Assembly: GCA_002189035.1 (NCBI GenBank)
Contig: NEEC01000017.1
Location: 2,576,392 to 2,640,391, forward strand
Source: Utricularia gibba
Taxonomy: Eukaryota; Plantae; Magnoliophyta
Length of the DNA: 64,000 nt
Direction: 5' to 3'
Shown one piece after another: positions 1-13,237 of the stretch. The notes under the pieces were generated by a model. That model saw only the letters and a list, made by a program, of their open reading frames with translations, had not been told where the DNA came from and searched no databases. Each line of letters begins with the position of its first letter. Positions within the stretch are counted from its first letter, which is position 1. A program made the position numbers and the translations under genes.

Positions 1-1984
1 TTTTTTGGAGTGGGCGGTATTATCACTATCCGCTGATAGAGTAGTTTCTGATTTGCTTGTACCTATTTCTGCCTCAAGCTTATCATGACTCCGCGTAGAA
101 TAGTAATTTATGTGGCCATTACAAGCTCTGACTGACAAACCATATGATTCTGCCTGCAGCTTTGAGTGAAGAGCCAAGAATTCAGCAACCCCTTCAGGAG
201 AATGCTCATTCCAGTCTTTCTTATCTACAAAACCAACTTCAGCTACATCTCTATGCTCACCATCTCTCTTTGATCGCTTAAGGGTGGCTATGATCTGGAA
301 TGCCGCAGTGCATGAGAACACAAGTTCTTCAGAATCTAGAGCCTGGAACTTTTTTTTAGCTGCTGCAACTTTTTTGACCGAGGCCTTTGGCAACTGAACA
401 TCACACTTCAAATCCAAAGTTTTCAAGAATAGTTGTATGCTAGAGTTAATTTGATTCGACAGCACATGACCAAGGTGGTCAGCTTTGTCCCTAGCTTCAG
501 AATCACGTACTGACTGCTCCTCCACTGAGGCTTCAGTATGAGTTTTATCATAATCATGCTCAGTGCCATCCAATCTACCGGATGCCATATCATCTTTAGA
601 AACGTATGTTTTCTTTACATCTAATTTGCCTTGTAAAAACCTACAGAAGAAAAAATTTTAAAAACTATTATCAATTCCACAATAAATGATGCTTTTAAGG
701 TCATGCTGTGAATTTGAAAATTAGAAACAGAACTTCAGAAATTAAGAATTAGTTTCCAACCCAAAGCTTCATTCCAGACAAATGAAACACATTCCATACG
801 CATCAAATTCCTAAAAAGCACAAACAAAACATACGCAACTATTTAGCCTTCAAAAAAAAATCAATCACGTACCTGTCCATCTTTCTGTAGACGCGAACCT
901 GTTCTTTGGAAGGAACAAAATCCTTAGCTTTAAGACGAATTGTATAAGAAGGACAACAGGTTTGCTCCATATCAGGTTTGTACAAGTAACAGCCAGATCT
1001 TCTCCAGCCTCTGTCAAGAAGAACTACAGAAGACAAAAAATTTTCAAAACCGCCCTCTAAATGGAAACTGATTCAAAATTAACAGAATAAATAGAACGAA
1101 CTCAAGCTAGATGTTACGAAAAAATTATTTCAGATGTTCTACAATGTTCATTATCAGTATTTTTGGTAGCTGAAATGGGAAGTCCAGTAAGTTACTGAAA
1201 AATTTTACCAGATAATAACATGCCTGCATAAAGTGGACTGAAGAAAGAGAGCAAGAATAAATACCTTGATATGCATCCACTGTCAAGCTATGTGCCCATA
1301 AGCCTAAGAAACATACAAGAATACATCAATTGATCTCCACAAAGATAACGACAAACAAAATGAATAAAATAGAAACGAAGAAAACAAAAGAAGGATTACA
1401 ACAATGGGATCATAATCCAGCATTAGCTAAACCTCTGATTGAGGAAGGACATGCAAAATTTGATTGATTCTAAATGAAGATGTTCTCAGACTAAGCGAAA
1501 ACAGGGGTTAAATTTCCTTTTCAATCTTCAACATCATTCACTCGAGCACTTTTCCCTTTCAGTATTATTTGAGATTGGCGTAAGACGAAGGAACTGAGGT
1601 TTCTTGCAGAAAAGAAGTAGAAAGTGCACTTACCGAAATGCGCTTACCAAAGTCAATTGCTTTAAAACAGAAGAATATGATCGAAGAATGGAAGTTCAAG
1701 ATACACGCTTCTAATTCATTCAAATCAACGCGCAATTTTATAGAAATAAGGAATGAATTACGACGAAAACGTATGAATTCGTATAGAACAATGCCAAGTA
1801 AAGCTCAAATCGGAAGTATACTCAACGCACCATGAGAAATGCTAGTTCTCGAAGCAGACTTGCAGTATCCACACGTGCTATTTCGACGGCCGGTATCTAC
1901 CACCACACTCTCTCCAGCGCCACCGTCTCCGCCTCCACTTCCGCTGGTGCTGGCTTCGCTTCTCATCTTCTTCGCCTCCGCCAT
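1..1984 (-). CDS. ATE1: Arginyl-tRNA--protein transferase (N-degron pathway), 5' part; continues beyond position 1
   Basis: Exon 1 from ATG 1984 (MAEAKKMRSE...SVVVDTGRRNSTCGYCKS...ISHG), micro-exon about 1267-1304 (LWAHSLTVDAYQ), exon about 872-1013 (LLDRGWRRSGCYLYKPDMEQTCCPSYTIRL), open exon from about 640 to 1; GT-AG junctions. CGYC and LLDRGWRRSG are ATE N-terminal motifs. Confidence 0.93.
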
Positions 1985-2360
1985 CGCCCGATCCACAACT
2001 GCCGGACTGAACCACTAACAATCATCTATTTTCCTGCAGCCGATTCAGCTGATTGGTCAGCTCAGCTCTATTCATCACAGATGGTAAAATAAAAAGTCGA
2101 ATCTCCAATTTGTGGCTGACTGGATTGCTGACTGTTTTTACATCGGCTTCTTCCCTTTCTTCCCTTCGTGATGGGAAGATAGAAGAAGATACTCACTCGA
2201 GAAAGCCCAAGAGGAAAGCCCAAGAGTGAATGATCTCGTAATCCTTGAGCCTTTAATAGGAAAAAAGAATGGAGTTCTGATTACCAGTCGTCATCCCAAC
2301 AGGGACCCCAACCCATACCTAATTCCCAATTTCCCTTCCCCGATTCTTTCTTCCGCGGCG
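1985..2360. promoter_or_regulatory. Shared (divergent) promoter of ATE1 and the PH-domain gene
   Basis: 376 bp between head-to-head start codons; exact 13-bp tandem GAAAGCCCAAGAG x2 at 2201-2226, each copy containing the site II-like AGCCCA. Confidence 0.6.
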
Positions 2361-2786
2361 ATGTTGAGCCTGTGGAGAGCCGCAACGGGATCAGCGGAAG
2401 AGGATTACGGAGTTGAGTTCTGGACCTCGCCGGAGCTCTCTGGATGGCTGACAAAACAAGGCGAGTACATCAAGACTTGGCGCCGCCGCTGGTTCGTTCT
2501 GAAGCAAGGGAAGCTCTTCTGGTTTAAGGAATCATCCGTCACACGTGAAACCAGGCCGCGTGGCGTGATCGTAGCTGCGAATTGCAGAACTGTAAAAGGC
2601 GCGGAGGATGTGCTGAATAGGCCTTACGCCTTTGAGATCTCGACGCCTGAAGAGACGATGTTCTTCATCGCCGATTCAGAGAAGGAGAAGGAAGACTGGA
2701 TCAACTCGATCGGAAGATCTATTGTGCAGCAATCCAGGTCTGTTACTACAAACGAAATCCTTGATTACGACAGCCGGAAACCGTAG
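2361..2786 (+). CDS. Pleckstrin-homology domain protein, single exon, 141 aa
   Basis: MLSLWRAATG...SGWLTKQGEYIKTWRRRWFVLKQGKLFWFK...EKEKEDWINSIGRSIV: classic PH motifs. The ATG at 2361 is preferred to the ORF-track GTG at 2226. Confidence 0.92.
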   Translation: MLSLWRAATGSAEEDYGVEFWTSPELSGWLTKQGEYIKTWRRRWFVLKQGKLFWFKESSVTRETRPRGVIVAANCRTVKGAEDVLNRPYAFEISTPEETMFFIADSEKEKEDWINSIGRSIVQQSRSVTTNEILDYDSRKP

Positions 2787-2963
2787 ACCCTTACCAATTC
2801 CGGCACCGATTTCTCCTTGTGTCTCGTGTATATTTGCTTTTCCCCTTTTTTGTTTGAGTTGAACATTGAATAAAATACAGTAAAGTTTGAAATGGAATGG
2901 TTTCATCACGAATGCTTCAAATTCACCCAAGCTTCCGGAAGATTCAACATAAAAGGAAGCTGC

Positions 2964-3468
2964 TCAGTTGAGCAAGGACTCGTCGATCTCAATTCTAACA
3001 ACAGTCCCATCGTCGTACTTATCTTTTCTGGGAGGAAGCGGCGGCGCCGGTACCCTTGGTGGCCCTCTTCCCTTCGACTTGTCCTTGGGCCTCGCCTAAG
3101 AGCCCATCCAAGTTGCAAAATCAGAATCGCGAGAACAGAGAACAAAATATCTGGATAACAACAAGGAACCTGCCGCCTACATTTCCGAAGGAGTGCTTGA
3201 AGCGCTTCCCCCGAGCAGTTTTCTTGTCCCCTCGGCCACAGTAAACTGAAAAACGCCCCAAGAATCAGGGAAACGGGCACTGAAAATAAAAAGCAAAAAC
3301 ATTGTGCTCACTGAAAGGGAGTGACGGCAGGCGGAGGAGTCCAGTGGAAGCCGACAACGAGGGAGGCGTGTAAACTAGGGATTGGGATTTGGAGAAGGAA
3401 AGAGAAGTAGCAGGAGCGGCGAATGAGGAAGCCATGGGAGGAGGAGCCCCGATGCACAGAGACGCCAT
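2964..3468 (-). CDS. PSRP4: Plastid-specific 30S ribosomal protein 4 (S31/bTHX), 3 exons
   Basis: Spliced translation: transit peptide [10 protein letters not shown]...LPF / [22 protein letters not shown] / [43 protein letters not shown]; GT-AG introns. Not shown intact in the ORF track. Confidence 0.92.
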
Positions 3469-4236
3469 CTTGAAGAAACACGATAAATCTCGGCCTCACG
3501 AGCTGGAAGAGGATTTCTAATTACAATTTGATAAGATGAAGGGCCGGGCCAAGTAAGACTTTTGGACCAGGGGAAGTGGCCCAAACGAGATCGATTCTAG
3601 TGAAGCGACGAGAGAGCAAGTCGTGGAAATGAAGACAAGGACGCCATCCAGAACTACTTGGTGGTGGACATTGTTTCCTGTTTTTATCATCTACCAGGAC
3701 TTTTCTCTACTGCGAGGAGTCACACGCCATATGCTTCAGTTATGGCTTTTCGTAGATCGAATTGACATTGTGGTGACTGAACCTGGAGACTTGCTCAGTG
3801 TTCTCAGTCAATCCAAAGAATCACATTATTGGGATGGATGGTTATTTTTCATTCTTCCGGACGGCAGCAGCTTCATTAACAAGAGCTGGGGGTAACGAGG
3901 AGTTGGGGTTATAGAGCCCCACGGCCGAGCTGATCAACTAGTGAGAGGATTGCATGCTTGCTTCCTGGTTAGGAATGACACACAAAACGGAGATGAGATG
4001 AATCGCTCAGGAAACTGCCCAAAAAACATGGAGTGGAAAGGGGGGTTTCGCGTAATCTCGCTTACATACCCACAGAATGGATAGATGGTGCGATGGACTT
4101 CTTGCTACATGTAAAACAGTCAGCCCCTCCATCCTCTCTTCTTCCTTTAACCTGAAAGAAAGGCTGATTTCAGAGTGTGATCCCATTGCCGTCGCTACAC
4201 AAGAGAAATAAAGAAGATGGGTTGATTACCACAGGA

Positions 4237-7200
4237 TCACGAGTCAAAGTCGACGTTGGAATTCTTTCCGGTGAGGATGCGAGATATTTGAAGCCCCCTG
4301 CTGAAGGCCTCGTTGAAGAGTATCCGCGTCTGCATCTGTTGAAATCCTGGCATCCATGATAGTATGGCCAATGGGACCATTACTATCAATCCAAACAGCA
4401 TGTCGTAGAGGCGAGCCAGGGATACCACTGTCTCCCACACGATGCTGGACTGCAGAAAAGGTCTGAGCACCTGAGCGATGAGAATGAAGCCCCAGCCGGT
4501 GGGAACGAACGCCAGAAGACTTTGCACGAAATCAAGAACAGTGATGTTGGTATAGTACAGTAGTATGACAACCACAGCAACTGTGACTGTGATAACGCCG
4601 AACTGAACCATCCTGTAGTAGATGTGCTGCTTCGCTGAATATTTATCCCGAGCATATGCAACGATGATATAGATGCCCACAGCCACGATCAGGAAGATCC
4701 ATGAGAGCAAGTAAACAGCAATGCTTGTATTTCCGCGGGCGATATTCAAATGGTAAACAACTCCATACTGGAAAAAGAAGAAGCGCAGATCTAAAATGAT
4801 CTCCAACAGTTTTCCCCACAGTCCAGTTGTCCTCAAATGGTCCTGCTCCTCATACCACCATGCCTCCCAGCTCTGCTCAGATTTCACTAGCATCCCTCTG
4901 TACCATATCCACTTTATGAATGCATCAAAGTCGTACACAGTTTTCAGCCAGTCGAAGCCAGATGGATTAAACATGAATGGTGCCATCATCCATGATACCA
5001 CAAGGAACCAACTTGATATCGTCATCAGTATGTAAACAACAGTGTTATTCATACCTAATGGGCTATCAGATGCGTACACGATCAAGATGACCCCAAGTTC
5101 AATGGCCTTGATAAAATGGCTGCGAGCATAGAGTCTGTAATTTTCTACAAAACTCTTGTGCTGCACAACAAAGCCACGCCCGGTGGCACGATATTTGGCA
5201 CCACCGTGAAGGATAGTCCTACCGAAGAAATGAGCACGTGTTCCCATCGAGAATGTGAAGAAAAATGAAGCAAGCTGCAGCTGCATGGTGATAAAATCCC
5301 AAATTGACGGGAGGAAGCCGCGCTCCAGTGAGTTCTCTACAATCATAGGAAGGGCAGTGAAAACTCCGATCTGTATAACAAACTGCTGGTTCAAGATGGC
5401 ACCAAGGGCTCTATTGTTACTGGAATTTCTTGCATGCGCTTCAACACCACTGAGGGCAAGATAAAGGCGCCCCCAAAGAAAAGCAAAAACCATGACAACC
5501 ACCATCATGTTGTTGAAGTAGAACCCAACTGTCGTGTAGAATACAGAAAGCATACGAAAGAAGTCAAGACGATGGCCCAACCTGTATATATCCCTGCTCA
5601 AAACCTGTTCTCCGTTGCCACTGGCAACTTTTGCTTCAAACATAGAAATCTGATTCAATCCAACATCTCTTCCTTTCCCAACTTGTATGTATTCATGGTG
5701 CGTGACGTTGCCACCTCTCAACGTACAGTTGAATCCGGCATAGATATCCTCACTTATGTTGATCACTCTTGAGGCTTTGCTGATACCACCACGAGTCAAA
5801 AACCAGAACCTGTCAAAGACATCAGGATGACCATAGTGCATTCGAACCTTGAGAGGATTCGCCAATACACGTTGACCCAGAGTTACAAAACTCATCTCCT
5901 GTGCAGACATGAACCACGCCAGGGATGAAACAGAACCTGTAAATATGTTTTCGCGAATCCCAGAATGGTAGGCCTTCTAACACCATGACTGACTTTGAAT
6001 TCTTCCAACAGGTTTCGCATCTTCAGTGCCTCCTCGAAACAGTTGTCCTGGTTCATATCGATTGCCTGCAGAGCATCACCACGGGTGAATATTATGGCAT
6101 GGTTTTGGTTCTCAGGCTTACCTTCCCCAAGCTTCAGAGGGCCAGGTAGCTTAATTCGATAGACTTCCACCTCTTTATCTTGTTCATGATCATATTTCAC
6201 CAGAACAGAGTAGTACTCCTCTTCTCTTCCAAGGTTGACTACATCAACATACGCAACACGAAGGGCCTCATTACTTTTCATTAATTTTGATATCTCTTCA
6301 GCACGTGCATCACCTTTTGCCTTGTGAACCCCATACATTTGGCAAGCAACAACGTAAGTGAACTTCATCAGAGCAACTCCATACTCGTGACCTTTGTAAA
6401 GCAGGCTGATACGACCACTTCCAACCGAATCAAGATTCACAGAATTTGATGAACCCAAAGCTTGGATATCAGCGCTACCATTCACCCTCTGTATACGAGA
6501 TGTAGAAATGTCCATAGATCCTTGTCTTATTTCAATCTCGGATGCAGAATCAAAAAATGAAAGCATTTTAAGGGCCCTGTAATAATACATCATCCCTCTG
6601 ACAGTCCGAGCCAATGTTTGACCTCTGTATGAAGCCCACTGCCTGAGGTCCCTAGACTTGGTATTCCATACCTCTGCCTCATCCTGCATTCCTTCCCTTT
6701 TCATACGCTCAATAAAATTTATCCACTCGTCTTCATAAATTTTTTGTAGATAAAACAATGTGGAAATACCATCCTCATTTGGGCTTCTAAGCATTTCTTT
6801 ACCAAACAACACTTCTTCATCGTAGTAAGGAGTCAAGACACTGAAGGCCATCATCTTCTCGACCTGGGGTGCGCGAGGCATGTTCATGAATAATGAATTA
6901 CTGAAGAACGCAATCCTTCTTCTTGCATCGAGATTTTTCGGGACATTGCTCATCGAGTCACGAGAACTAAGGATAGCGTGCAGACGCCGCAACTGCCTGA
7001 AGAAGAAAACGTCTTCAGCATCAGGCCACTGGATTGAATTCTCGAATGGCAGCTCAGTATCAGTACTTCGTTTAAGAGGTGCCAAACCCTCAAGCCCCAA
7101 CTGAGTCACGGACTTCTTCACCCGTGGGAGTTCACGGATAGCAAGTTCATACAATGCTTGAAGCACATTCACCAATTTATCAACATTTTTCTGTGGCGCG

Positions 7201-9556
7201 ATGAGAAGTTCTATAAGAGATATCAACTTCTCGTGAATCTTGGGAAGCACATTTGTCTGGTATGACGTTGTAAACTTCTCAAACAAAATGCATTCGTCAA
7301 CCTCCTTGAAAAACTTGGAAACTATTGAATGCTCCTCTGCCTCCTCTCTGATTACCTGAAGAAGCATGTGTTTAACGCTTTCATAAGCTTCAAGGACTGC
7401 ACAACGCCTATACTCAATGTTACAAATCCGAGACCACAGGCCTCTATCCGTATCGTTCCCCAGTTCACTGGCCTGGTAAAGAGCAAGCAAAAGTTCATTC
7501 CCCAGCAAGAAGCAGGGCCACCTTATCACTTTTATATTCCAACAATTAGGTGGCAACTCCAGTAGCTCCAACTCCTTATCACTGATGAGATCCTCTTCTC
7601 TTAACGTGATTATCACTTCGTTCCATATTAATGCAAACCTGGTGGTTTCGATCTTATCGGATTCCATTTTCTTGTAGGGCTTTCCAAGACCATACCTGAG
7701 CTTGAGACGGTGAAATGCATCTCTTAGTTTATTAACGGCGGTTACCTCCGAAGTAAGACTCTGACGCTCAGGGATCAGATTAAACTGCATGGCACTTGCA
7801 AAGAACTGGAATCTGAGCTTGAACTGACTGATGCTCCGAATCTCACCTATATGAGAAAATAACCCAATCAATGATCCCACGAAAGCGGAAAATGTAGTAT
7901 ACCAGATTTGCATGTCCACTAAATATATCAATATAACAGGAGCCCACAGCATCGCCACTGCCACTCTGTTGGTGCTAGTGAAAAATTCATGCCACTGGTA
8001 TTGCACATCCCTGAGATTCAGGAGAGACATCGTTGGTCCAACTAGAGGCCTTATTTGAAGAAAGTAGCTGAAAGAGAACTTGGAAATCAGGACAACCACC
8101 CAGAAAGAAGCGTACTTGACGTTGTCAACAATTCCTTCCCTGAGACCACGGCCAACGAATGTTCTGGTATTAAACCACCACATCACAACATACAGAATAC
8201 GCCAATCGGCTTGCTCAATGAAATTACGGATCCACGGAACAACAAACAAGATCAAAGCCAGTAATTCTGGTATCACGAAGACGAAAGCAGCCTTTAGGAA
8301 GTTAAGAATTCTTTGGTTCGCCTCATCGGACCACATTCCATCTAAATTCCTCTGGTTCCAAATCTGCCAATAGAAGACACCAAAGACAATACCCAAGCAA
8401 TTGCAACAATGCTTTTCAAAAACATCCTGATACCAAGCAGTTTTTTGTCCTTAGTAACCAAACTATACTGGGTGCCAGCATCGAGAATGGATTGCACGAG
8501 CCTTAGAGCAGCCCATGTAATGAAAACAGTAAGTAACTTAACTTGTGCATCCCTTCTTTCTAACGCCTGCCATGGATAATCAGTCCCTTCCCAAGCAACA
8601 ATGGCAGCAGCCTGAAAATAAAGTATCAACAGAACCCACAGCCTATCAAAGCTGCGATAAATATTCCAGAAGGTCCGCTGCTCAACAAAACCAGTCTTTC
8701 CCACCCTCCTTTCCTTATCGGCAGAAAAAAAGCTACTTGACAGATCAAGAGGCCATTTTAACCGCTTAAAGCATCGCCTGCTCCAAAAATACTCATTGAT
8801 GTCATCATAGTTCCTCCATGCTGAATGAGGAGCAGTCCCATTTCTACTCCTCGCAACCTCACCCTTGATAGTTGTATAAATAGGAGTGACGACATAATTC
8901 AAGAAGCCATTCTGTTTACGGGTGTAGGGGACATATAGCTGCCCCGTATCTTCATCAATTTTTCCATCAAGAATGTGGTTGAGCTCTAACGCCAAGTGAT
9001 GATAGATGTAACATAAACATTCAGGCGCAAAACGTAGGTTGGCGGATTCACCCCATACGAGCAGATAAAGAGACACGTACAAGAGCTCCCGGCGCTGGAA
9101 GTCAGGGTTGAGGCGAGAGGGTAGACGAACTTGTGATCTCTTACCCAAATAGGAGCACCAAGACGTGTAATTTTCCAAAAGCTTGGAGCGAAAGGCTCGA
9201 AGAACGGTGGGGTCAAGACGATCGGCTGCAGCAGGAGGCGGGTGGAGTCGCATTTGGGAGTTGGCTAAATGGAGCACCAAGTTCTCCCTTTGGTTCCGAA
9301 CGTTGTCAGCTTGGAAGCCGAAGAAGTGGCCGAGCCAGTCAAGAAGATCCATGGTGTCGCTCCATGGAGTGGAAGGAGGAGGGGTAGGGAGGTCCCCAGT
9401 TGCTAAAAGGGCTGCGGCGGCGGCGCGTACCTCTGGGCAGGTAAGTGAAGGATGGTTAGATTGGAGATTATGAATAGGAATGATGTTGAAAGTGGTTGTG
9501 GGCGGCGGCGGGCGGCCGCGCGTGGGTGGAGGACGCTGCCTGAGATTACTAGCCAT
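4237..9556 (-). CDS. Callose synthase, intron-poor CalS11/CalS12 (GSL1/GSL5) clade; two apparent 1-nt deletions
   Basis: Three overlapping ORFs (8342-9556, 5892-8396, 4237-5910) join into about 1773 aa: FKS1 domain (LYLLVWGESANLRFAPECLCYIYH) and glucan synthase domain (LGEGKPENQNHAIIFTRG, HYGHPDVFDR, SEDIYAG). No intron at either join. Confidence 0.93.
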
Positions 9557-10387
9557 GACGGCACAGGCTGGTGGGATTCAGAAGAGAAACCACCCCAGCC
9601 GGCGGAATTGAGAAGGTGAAGAATTTTTCATCCTAAAGACAGCATAATATTCTTCCACGGGCCACTGGGACTGGAGGGATTCGGAAATGGTGTGAAAAAG
9701 GCTGTGAATATTCATTTCCAATTCGAATTCACTTCTCCAGTCCTGGTGGCGTGGCTAGCTAACCTGCGCGCATGGTCCTGTCCGGGCCGTTCCTACACTA
9801 GATGCGGACTGGGGGTTTATTTTTTTATTTATTTTATTATTCTGGATAAAAAAGCCCGGCCACAGTTGTTGATCCTATTCACCACCCCATTGCTTTCCGG
9901 GTGGCTGGCTAATCGATCCCAGCACCAACACCAACACCAACGCCATTCCGAATCCAAAGCAGATGGTGGCGGCGGCTGCCGAATAGGTTTTCTTTTTAGC
10001 CCAGGCCAAATCGCGACGTCAAAGTGAAGAGTCGACAAAAGGGAGACTGCTTGATGAGCTGGGTAGGGGCCCCTGCCTGCGCTTTGCCGAATGGATCGGA
10101 TCTATATTATTAATCCTCGGCCTATTCGCCTGGCCGTCTGTTGACCTCGTGATCATTTGTAAGAAGCTAGTCAATGCCCAAAACCTGCTTAGAAACATCA
10201 GATTCCACCGAGCAAGACGTGTGCAATGGGTAGCGAGGTTCCCAAGGGACAATGGCTTCCCTGAATTTGCTTGTTTGTACACAACTAACTGCCTACAAAC
10301 AGTGTGACCAAGGAATAAGAAAGGTGACAACAATGGCAAGGAATATGACATAAACAAAAAAATGGTCCACGCCAAGGCCTGAGGGCA

Positions 10388-12150
10388 TCACCAAAACCAG
10401 CTAAACTGGCTGTCTACGGCCTTCACGGTGGTGGATACCAATGGCATCCGCCCGTATTCATTCGCCAACCAGTTTACACACTCGCCTCTCCTTGTCTTGT
10501 GTCCTCCCAAGCTACTGATTCCTGAAGATCCAATCTCATATAAAGTGCCTGCACCACCGTTCACACAGGGGTCCATCATTCGGTTCAGCAAAGGAGACAC
10601 AGGAAAGACGGACGGACGCTCATTCACCTTTCACCCAAACTGGGGGAGTATCAGTGGCATTCGCAACAAGGAAAGACATTGCGATATCTTCACAGTTCCT
10701 AAAGCATGTAAGGTTGAATGAGAGAAGAATCAATGGAAGGAAAAAAAAAACCCGGATGAATCAGGTTGACAAACAACCTCTCCTTTGTGACGTATTCGCG
10801 GATCGATGATGGCATCTCATTAGTGTACACACCCAGATACTTCTTATGAAGAAAGGCAGCCTTGGTGAGAATCATACTGTATGTGCCCGTCCACCACACA
10901 GACCACCATCCACCATACACGTACTTCCCCTGAAATCCCATTCAAAACCAGCATTCAGATCGAGACAAACATCCCAACAGCAAGGGGTAAATAAACTAGG
11001 AGTACCGATAGGCACCAAGGGTAAATACTGATCAGGAGTTTCAGAATCTACCGATTTATCAACCCAGTGGACACGAGGCACAAACCCCACAATTGTATCT
11101 GGGGAACTTTCCCACACGGTAAAGGCAAATTCCACTGCCCTGCAGGGAATTATAACGTCATCATCCATTGAAAGAACTGCATCCGACTTCAAATCCTGGA
11201 GTTCCTTAAATCTGTTGTTCAGACTGTCCTCTTTATTAAGATCAAACTTCAACTCTATCGAGCGACCAACTTTGGAGTTCAATTCTATAACACTTGTCAA
11301 AAAATTGCTTAAATGTTGGGAAGGAAGGTCTGGCTCACTCCACACGATGTGAATAGAATCAAGCCCCAAGCATGATGCATAATGGGATACAGACCGCTTA
11401 AGCAGGTCATGTCTTCTCCATGTGTTCACAAGCAAGGTGTATCCCTTACTGAGCATCACGTAAGATCAACATCAGTACAAGATCATCATCGCATCACACA
11501 TGCCAATCCACCGAATCTTCACGTTTTCAAGTGCTTCACGAGAAATGTAAAAATGGAAATGTTGCCTGCACATCACACTTTGACAAAAAGACACAATTTT
11601 TCGCCAGATTACATATTTCGCTCAACGGTGATTCTTCGTGGATAAAAAACACAAAAATCATAAAATCAAATTATAACAACCAGCTTGATCTTGCAGAACC
11701 ATCACTGAAATCTCCATATCATACAGATCTCCCAGTTCCACTTAGAATATTTTCTACACAGACTAGGTTATGCAGAGGGGATGATTGCAACGTCAAATGC
11801 AGGGCGAATCGCCACCAACCACGACACGACATTTTTTCCCAAAACGGGATGAAATTCAATGGCTGGTTCAACTAATGGAGTAGCAATCAATGCACCCAGA
11901 GAAGTATTTCACATTAAAATTTAAAATACGGCGATCAGAAAATCAAAGAAGGAAGTTACCTTCTGATGGAGGATCTCGGGAGCGGAACGGCGCAGCACTT
12001 CCATTCCATGACTGAAGTCGTGAACCCGGCAAGCAAGCAGAAGATGAAGCTCATGGAGAGACAAAAAAGAAAGAGCTTTAACTCCGGTGACCGGACGACG
12101 GAAGCCGCCTTCTGCCTCACAGTCCTGCGGCTAGAAAGGCCGGTTCGCAT
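10388..12150 (-). CDS. EPC1: Glycosyltransferase family 64 protein, EPC1/GINT1-like, 5 exons
   Basis: MRTGLSSRR...(TM)...RS / KGYTLLVNTWRRHDLLKRSVSHYASC...SLNNRF...MDDD...VGFVPRVHW / GWWSVWWTGTYSM / NCEDIAMSFLVANAT / YEIGSSGISS...SWFW*; canonical splice sites. Confidence 0.9.
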
Positions 12151-13237
12151 TATCTGGAAAGGGATGGATATTCCGCAAAGCCAACGTCCGAAACGACTCC
12201 GGGTGAGAAAGGTCGTTTTTCGGCGGCGCCACTCAAGAATGCTCTCAGAAGTTTGAAGGAGTTGGGAGCAATGGCTCCGGTCAGCCGCCAATGAGGACAA
12301 TCGAGGTGGACCGAGTTTGGGAAGCTGAGCTGTTGTGGAGCGTATCAGCATTCACCCATTGGCCACCAACCACCACCTCCCTAGAAATGGACTTTTGCAG
12401 GATGGCGACACGGACACAATATACATATGCGGTGCCTGCTGGTCCTCATCATTTGATTGTTTTAATAATCAAACATACTGTGGGCTAGAGATTAAATGAG
12501 GTACAGCAGTTTCCGATGGGGGATGCTGCTGTTAATTCTAAAATATCATATTTGATCCCCTCCCATTTACTGCCCATGGGAATCCTACTGAACTGATCTA
12601 AAAGACCAATAATGCCCTCCAGCAAAGGCCGGCTTCCATGTTGAGCTGAGCTACTCGGTAGATGGCATGGCGCACAGGTGAATTGTACAAAGTTCGCCAC
12701 ACATTCTCAAAGGCTGCTGCCTATTGGATGCCTGAACTTGCATCGCGCATATCCATCTACTACCCTACCCGCCCACCTCTACAAGCTCTGAACCCTTCGA
12801 CGTATGGGCTTCCGCGGCGCAGCCCAATGGTCCTTTGATGCTTACATAACCTGTGCAGCTTCTCAGCATTCCAGTCTATTGGATTGGGTTGGGTTGAAGA
12901 AGCGCGTGCTGCTGGCCTCCTTTCTCATCTGCTTCGTGATTACGTCACAGTCCGTCGATCCCTAGGGCGGCTCCCCGCCTCTATCCATTGTTCAATGGGT
13001 CTGGTGGTTGGAGAGCTCTCCATTGTTTGGTCTGGTATCACTTGTTAGGGTTTGGCCAACGGATTTCTCATTTCCGTTCACCCAACACTTCCCTTCTATC
13101 TTAGTGTTAGCGTCAGAACTCACAACTGTGGCGACGACTTCCTCCTCTTCTTTTTTTTTCTCTGATCTTGATATTGGGGATAAAATGACTTTTTGCTTTA
13201 AGAAACTCAGATATCTGATTTCTCGTACATTTGAAGC

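Noticed and set aside
1480-1545. C/D-box-like motifs (ATGATGT...CTGA) on the minus strand of an ATE1 intron
   Set aside because: Imperfect C box, no terminal stem, no convincing rRNA complement.
3623-3895. 90-aa ORF between PSRP4 and callose synthase
   Set aside because: Non-ATG start, no recognisable motif in the frames I translated.
4177-8769. Many plus-strand ORFs opposite the callose synthase, and similar antisense ORFs elsewhere
   Set aside because: Expected shadows of long coding sequence on the other strand.
13040-13056. CCAAACCCTAAC on the minus strand as a telomerase RNA template
   Set aside because: It would not encode TTTAGGG or TTCAGGG, and I found no USE (RTCCCACATCG) plus TATA Pol III promoter nearby; more likely a telo-box.
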